DNA of 64,000 nt from the NCBI RefSeq assembly GCF_009914755.1, contig NC_060934.1, one strand, 5' to 3'. Positions 56,904-64,000 of this stretch are shown here, piece after piece. Position numbers and translations under genes: made by a program. Numbering within the stretch: the stretch's first letter is position 1; each line of letters opens with the position of its first letter. This DNA is from the human T2T-CHM13v2.0 reference genome, Homo sapiens. The notes under the pieces were generated by a model, which was not told the origin of the DNA, did no database searches, and was given only the letters and a program-made list of their open reading frames with translations.

Positions 56904-58318
56904 AGCAGATATTAATGAGGATCTCATGTCCCAGAGGAAACAGTGATAAATGTCCGTATGCTATAGTATCAGAATTACTAAAACTGACCTGTGGTGAATC
57001 AAGGTGGAATATAGATTTTAGGAACACACTAGCTTATGCAATAGCTGTAGAAGCAGTGTTTAATGGGACCATAACTGAAGGACAGACTGTGCTTAAAGTC
57101 AAGCAAAATATTTCATATTAAATGTGCAAGAATTAGAAGGGAGACAAAATTATTAGTAACTATTGCAGATCTCCAACTCACAAGTCAGGAAAATAATAAA
57201 GAAATAGGACCTTTGAGGCCTAGGATGGTGCATTTGTGCTGGATATGTTTGAGACTGTAAATCCATAATTTTTTTTATTTCCATTTTTATGGGTACTTGG
57301 TAGGTATATATATTTATGGGGTACATGAGATATTTTAATACAGACATATAAATGCATAATAATTTAAGCCCCCAAATTAATATGAACACCATGAGATTAA
57401 AATTCCTACTATTTCTTGCTAAACTATAGCTGGTTTCTATGGCCTGAAGACTATACAAAAGTTTCATTTAAGGTGAAAATCTAAAAAGATGATTCTTACC
57501 CCCCTGAAGACCTGCCTGTATCTCTCCTCATTGGTTCTAGACTATGATTGATAGGTAATGGCAGAGCCTGATGAAAGTAATACTGTCCCCACATGGGAGG
57601 AAAGTGATTATTCATCAAATAACTGCAGGCTGTGACTAATTTGTACCAATGGGAACTAGAATAATTTGCTTAGGAATGGATTTTGAGACTATTGAAACAA
57701 GGTCCCTTAGGCTTCTCTAAAAGATAGCAGGTACAAAAACTACCCAACTGAGAATTCTGCCATGGGTTTTACATGAAGAATGAATAAGTTTTTGTTTTAT
57801 AAGTCATTGAGATTGTACCCCCTACTTGAAATTATCTCAGAACTAATTTAAATACATTATCATTTAAACAATACTGTCACAGGCTAAAGACTGGAAATTC
57901 AAGGCCTGTATTTAACATACAAGCATGTGGTGTTTAGAAGACATTGGATACTTTTTTTAAAGAGTGAATGAGAATGCCTGTAACTGGGGCATGTGCAAGT
58001 GAGATCATTGTCAGTACTATCCCCCACAACCTCATATCTGCGTATTTTCACAGGTTTTAGTTAATTATTTACCTCCTGGAGATGTCCGAAGCCATTATTC
58101 TTTTTTTAATAATTGAAATTATTTTATTTTGGTTTTATGCATATGTATTAAATATTTCCGTCATGAATACCTCTGAATCATTCCTCATCTTTATATTGCT
58201 TAGTATCAATAGGTACTTAGTAAAGGTTTCTTGAGCAATAAATATATTTTGAATTTCATTCAAACTTTGCTGTAAGAAGACATCTTGATTGTCCAACTAC
58301 TAAAGAAGATACAATTCC

Positions 58319-58993
58319 CACAAAGAGGGAATAATAGATACTGGGGCCTACTTGGCATGGAAGGGTTGGAAGAGGGCAAGGATGGTTGTGAACCTTGAAA
58401 ACTTGCGACAGGTCTCAGTTAACTTAGGAAGTTTATTTTGCCAAGGTTGAGGAAACATGTCTGTGACACAACCTCAGGAGGTCCTGAGTACACATGCCCA
58501 AGGTAGTCACAGCACAGTTGGTTTTTATACATTCTAGGGAGACATGAGACATCAATCAACATATGCAAGGTGAATATTGGTTTGGCCTGAAAATGTGCAA
58601 CATCTCAAAGCAAAGGCAGGAAGACTCAAAGCACGACAAGGCTTCCAGATCATAGGTAGATAAGAGACAAATTGTTGCATTCTTTTGAGTTTCTGATTAA
58701 CCTCTACAACAGAGGCAATCAGATATGCATTTATCTCAGTGAGCAGAGAGGTGATATTGAATAGAATAGGAGGTAGGTTGGCCCTAAGAAGTTCCCAGCT
58801 TTACTTTTTACTTTAGTTTAGTGATTTGGTCGCACCAAGATTTATTTTCCTTTCACAAGATACTATACCTATTATCCAATTAAGGAGATAATCTGCATGT
58901 ATACCATACCTCTGTGACATGCAATTTGCCCATGTAACAAACCTGCACATGTGACCTCTAAAGCTAAAATAAAATTTGGAGAGAAAAATAAAA
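58319..58993 (+). mobile_element. Old primate L1 3'UTR end (L1PA15/16 or L1PB-like) interrupted by an LTR
   Basis: 'caaagagggaataatagatactggggcctacttg' and 'catgtaacaaacctgcacatgtgacctctaaagctaaaataaaa'. Confidence 0.8.
58387..58857 (-). mobile_element. MER4A-type ERV1 solo LTR
   Basis: Minus strand begins tgtgaaaggaaaataaatcttgg and ends ggttcaca. Confidence 0.88.
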
Positions 58994-59175
58994 TATTAAT
59001 CTCATATTTGTTTTCTTCTACCCATGAGAATTTAAGTTATATGTAGACAGAGTGAGTGTTTTGACTTTTTTATTCACTTTATTTCCCCAGTGCCTAGAGC
59101 CAAGCCTAGAACAAAGCTAGTAATTTATAAATATTTGTTTAACCAACAAATGACATCTAATATTACTTATATAGG

Positions 59176-59527
59176 CGCATTAGCATGTTCTCACACTGCT
59201 ATATAGGACTTCCGGAGACTGAGTAATTCATAAAGGAAAGCGGTTTTATTGACTCACAGTTCCACATGGCTAGGGAAGCCTCAGAAAACTTATAATTATG
59301 GCAGAAGGGGAAGCAAACACATCCTTCTTCATAGGATGGCAGGAAGGAGAAGGGCTGAGCAAAAGGGGGAAAAGCCCCTTATAAAACCATCAGATCTTGT
59401 AAGAACAGCAGCATGGGGGTAACTGCCCCCATGATTCAATTACCTCCTACTGGGCCTTTCCCACCACATGTCAGGATTATAGAAACTGTAATTCAAGATG
59501 AGATTTGGGTGTAGTCAAACCATATCA
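59176..59527 (-). mobile_element. THE1 (THE1D-like) solo LTR
   Basis: Ends 'caaaccatatca'; perfect TSD atagg. Confidence 0.92.
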
Positions 59528-59929
59528 ATAGGCATAGGAAAATTATATTATTATTCCAAATTATGCTGAAAGTATTATGTTCCTTTAGCATTAAAACCAT
59601 CATGGTGTAACAAAGGTAAGATATGGTACAGCTCCTACTTATAGAACAAAGTAATTATTCAAACTATGGCCACAATATGCTGGTTAACCACCCTAAACTC
59701 TGCACATACGACAATAAGCATTTTAATAGTTTTATTGAGCTAGAATTAACATAAAACAAACTGCACATTTTTAGAGTACAATTTGATAAATGTTTACATA
59801 TTATCACACCTGTGAAGCCATCAGTAAAATCAAGAGAATGAACATATTGTTCATCCCCAAAACTTTTCTCACTTTCTATCACTAAAATTAGTTTGCATTT
59901 AATAAGATTAGCTATCATTTATTATTAGT

Positions 59930-60330
59930 AGTATTTTGCAATATGACAAAGCTTTATTTAGCTCACAAGTCTTCAAGTTATTTAAAGGTTGACTGATATA
60001 GGCTTAAATTGTGTCTGTTTTACATGCTACTCATACTCCTTAAAAGACAAACAAGTTGCCCAGGTATATTCATCCCCTGAAAATGACGGTGGTACAAAGC
60101 AAGAATCCTAAATACACAAGGAATCTTTAAGCATTTGATCATATCATGCCATGAACATTCTATTGTCTGAAACAAGTTTCATAGCCAATCTAAAAGTCAA
60201 GGAGTGGAAATATATACTTTCTTCTTCAGTGGAAGAAACTGTGAAGCTACCTGGCAACAGATTTTGATACAGGGATGTGGGGGGAATGTGAGAAGTGAGT
60301 AATTGTACAGTTAATAATATTAGTCATATC
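59930..60330 (-). mobile_element. Old MLT1 (J-like) LTR
   Basis: 'aacattctattgtctgaaacaagtttcatagccaatctaaaagtcaaggagtggaaatatatac'. Confidence 0.55.
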
Positions 60331-60677
60331 ATGATACACAGTTGCTTACTCTATTTTGTAAATGCTATGAGAAAATTTAAAATTACATATCCAGTTGGCA
60401 TTATATTTTTATTTGACAGTGCTGACTAGAGAGAAGATTGACCTTCTAAAACTAAGTTTTCCCCTAAATAATTCATTTAATTTTAGATGTATTTAACAAA
60501 AGTATAACTGAAAACATAAAAATATATGCATAATAGTAGGCCCATATAAATTCTATGTTAAGAAAAATGGAGAAAAAAATATATATATATTGTATTTGAA
60601 ACAGGAACATTTTTCCTCAAATTCTCATAATAATTGCATATAAAATAAAAATTAGGCATCTTTTTTTAAAAGAAAAT

Positions 60678-63600
60678 TATTTTTATTTTAAGTTCTGGGA
60701 TGCAAGTGCAGTATATGCAGGTTTGTTACATAGGTAAATGTGTGCCATGGTGGTTTGCTGCACCTATCAACCCATCACCTAGATATTAAGCCCTGTATGC
60801 ATTAGCTATTTTTCCTGATGCTTTCCCTTCCATGACCCCAGACAGGCCTCAGTGTGTGTTGCTCCCCTCTCTGTCTCCATGTGTTCTCACTATTCAGCTC
60901 CCACTTATAAGTGAGAACATGCGAAGTTTGGTTTTCTATTCCTGCATTAGATTCCTGAGGATAATGGTTTTGAGCTCCACCCATGTCCCTGCAAAGGACA
61001 TGATCTCATTTCTTTTTATGGCTGCTAGTATTCCATGATGTATATGAACCACATTTTCTTTATCCAGTCTATCAATGATGGGCATTTGTGTTGATTTCAT
61101 GTCTTTGCTATTGGGAATAGTGCTGCAATGAACATACACATGCATGTATCTTTGTATTAGAATGATTTATATTTTGGGAGGTATATACCCAGTAATGAGA
61201 TTGCTGAGTCAAATGGTATTTCTGGTTCTAGATCTTTGAGAAATTGCCACACCCTCTTCCACAATGGTTCACCTAGTTTACAGTCCCACCAACAGTGTAA
61301 AAGCACTCCTGTTTTTCTGCAACCTCACCAACATCTGTTTCTTGACTTTAATAATATCCATTCTGACGTGTGTGAGATGGTATCTCATTGTAGTTTGTGA
61401 TGTTGAGCTTTTTTTCATGTTTCTTGGCTGCATAAATGTCTTCTTTTGAGAAGTGTCTGTTCATGTCCTTTGCCCGCTTTTTAATGGGGTTATTTCATTT
61501 TTCTTGTAAATTTAAGTTCCTTGTAGATTCTGGATATTAGATCTTTGAACAGGTCCTTTACTTCCCTTGTTATCGGTATTCCTAGGTATTCTGTTCTCTT
61601 TGTAGCAATTGTGAATGGAGTTTCATTCATGATTTGGATCTCTGCTTGTTCATTGTTGGTGTAGAAATGCTTGTGACTTTTGCCCATTCATTTTGTATCC
61701 TGAGAATTTCCTGAAGTTGCTTATCAGCTTAAGAAGCATTTGGGCTGAGACAATGGGGTTTTCTAGATACAGGATTATGTCATCTGCAAACAAGGACAAT
61801 TTCACTTTCTCTCTTCCCACTTGAATACCCTTTATTTCTTTCTCTTGCCTGATTGCCCTGCTGAGAACTTCCAATACTATGTTGAATAGGAGTGGTGACA
61901 GAGGGCATCCTTGTCTTGTGCCAGTTTTCAAGGGGAATGCTTCCAGATTTCTGTATGATATTGGCTATCAGTTTTTCATAAATGGCTCTAATTATTTTGA
62001 GATATGCTCCTTTGATACCTAGTTTATTGAGTGTTTTTAACATGTAGGGATTTTGAGTTTTATTAAAGGCCTTTTTCTGCATCTACTGACATGTGGTTTT
62101 TGTCTTTAGTTCTGTTTATTTGATGAATTATGTTTATTAATTTGTGTATGTTGAATCAGCCTTGCATCCCCAGGGGTAAAGCCAAATTGATCATGGTGGA
62201 TAAGCTTTTTGATGTGCTGCTGGATTTTGTTTGCCAGTACTTTATTGAGAATTTTTGCATCAGTGTTTATCAGGGGTATCGGCCTGAAGTTTTCTTTTTT
62301 TTGTTGTATCTCAGGTTTTGGTATCAGAATGATGCTGGCTTCAAAAAAGGAGTCAGGGACAAGTCCCTCCTTTTCAATTGTTTAGAATTGTTTCTGAAGA
62401 AAGGGTATCAGCTGTTCTTTGTACCTCTGGTCCTGGGCTTATAAATCCATCTGGCCCTGGGCTTTTCTTGGTTGGGAGGCAATTTATTACTTCCTCAATT
62501 TCAGAACTTGTTATTGGTCTATTCAGGGATTCAATTTCTTTCTGTTCTAGTCTTGGGAAGGTGTAGGTGTCCAGGAATTTGTCCGTTTCTTCTAGATTTT
62601 CTAGTTTGTTTCCGTAGAAGTATTTATAGTATTCTCTGATGGTTGTTTGTATTTCTGTGGAGTCAGATATCCCCTTTGTCATTTTTTATTGTGTCCATTT
62701 GATTCTTCTCTCTTTTTTTGTATTAGTCTAGCTAGTGGTCTATTTTACTAACTTTCAGAAAACCAGCTCCTGAATCCATTGATTTATTAAAAGGTTTTTC
62801 ATGCCTCTATCTCCTTCAGTTCCATTCTGAACTTGCTTACTTCTTGTCTTCTACTTGCTTTGGGGTTTGTTTGCTCTTGGCTTTCTAGTTCCTTTAGTTG
62901 TGATGTTAGGAAGTCGATTTGAGATCTCTCTAGCTGTTTGATGTGGGCATCTAGTGCTATAAATTTCCCTCTTAACACTGCTTTAGTTGTGTCCCAGAGA
63001 TTCTGATACATTGTCTCCTTGGTCTCATTAGTTTCATAGAACTTCTTTATCTCTGTTTTAATTTCATTCATTACTTACCCAGAAGTCATCCAGGAAAAGG
63101 TTTTTCAATCCACGTAGTTGTGTGGTTTTGAGTGACTTTCTTAATCTTGAGTTCTAATTTGATTGTGCTGTGATCTGAGAGAGTATTTGTTATGATTTCA
63201 ATTATTTTTTATTTGCTGGGGAGTGTTTTATTTCCAATTATGTGATCAACTTTAGATTAAGTGCCATGTGGTGCTGAGAAGAATGTATATTCTGTTGTTT
63301 TGGGGTGGAGAGTTCTGTAGATATCTATCAGGTCCACTTGATCCACAGCTCAGTTCAAGTCCTAAATATGTTTGTTAATTTTCTGTCTCGATGATCTGTC
63401 TAATATTGACAGTGGGGTTTTAAAGTCTCCCATTACCATTGCGTAGGAGTCTAGGTCTCTTTTTAGATCTCTAAGAACTTGTTTTATGAATCTAGGTGCT
63501 CCTGTATTGGGTGCAATATATATTTAAGATTGTTAGCTCTTGTTGACTTGACCCCTTTACCATTATGTAGTGCCTTTCTTTGTCTTTTTTTTAAATCTTT

Positions 63601-64000
63601 GTTTGTTTAAAGTCTGTTTTATCATAAACTAGGATTGCAACCCCTGCAATTTTTTCTGTTTTCCATTTGCTTGGTAAATTTTCCTCCATCCCTTTATTTT
63701 GAGTCTATATGTGCCTTTGCATTGGATCATGGGTCTCTTGAATACAGCACACTGATTGATCTTGACTCCTTATCCAGCTTGCCATTCTGTGTTTTTTAAT
63801 TAAAGCATTTAGCTCATTTGCATTTAAGGTTAATATTGTTATGTGTGAATTTGATCTTGTTATCATGATGCTAACAGGTTATTTTGCAGTCTTGTTTATG
63901 TAGTTGCTCCATAGTGTCATTGGTCTGTGTACTTCAGTGCGTTTCTGTAGTGGCTAGTAATGGTTTTTCCTTTCCATATTTAGTGTGCTTCCTTCAGGAG
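60678..64000 (-). mobile_element. L1 (L1PA8-like) with an internal ORF2 deletion; runs off the right edge into ORF1
   Basis: Antisense 3'UTR, RT motif ([14 protein letters not shown]) and endonuclease region. Confidence 0.93.

Overview
Primate, almost certainly human, genomic DNA (it carries a near-consensus AluYa5). The window is AT-rich and repeat-dense, and I can support no cellular protein-coding or RNA gene. The longer ORFs in the track derive from LINE-1, Alu, LTR or microsatellite sequence. Content: several L1s of different ages (L1PA2-like to old L1M), five Alus, MaLR LTRs (THE1/MST/MLT1), ERV1 solo LTRs, MER44/MER58 DNA transposons and MIR/L2 remnants. The notable structure is rearrangement history rather than genes. 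(1) An old, diverged inverted duplication (about 24.1-28.6 kb versus 55.1-58.3 kb, 26.5 kb spacer) whose arms serve as each other's empty insertion sites. (2) A TSD-flanked, polyadenylated 1.1-kb retrocopy built only from antisense repeat debris. (3) A twin-primed L1 3' transduction with a 19-bp TSD. (4) A TSD-less L1 insertion next to a deletion filled by a 115-bp locally templated copy. (5) A two-donor templated insertion near 49.4 kb. (6) A probable L1-retroposed LTR R-region. Repeat subfamily names come from memory of consensus sequences and need RepeatMasker/Dfam confirmation. Alignments were done by eye.
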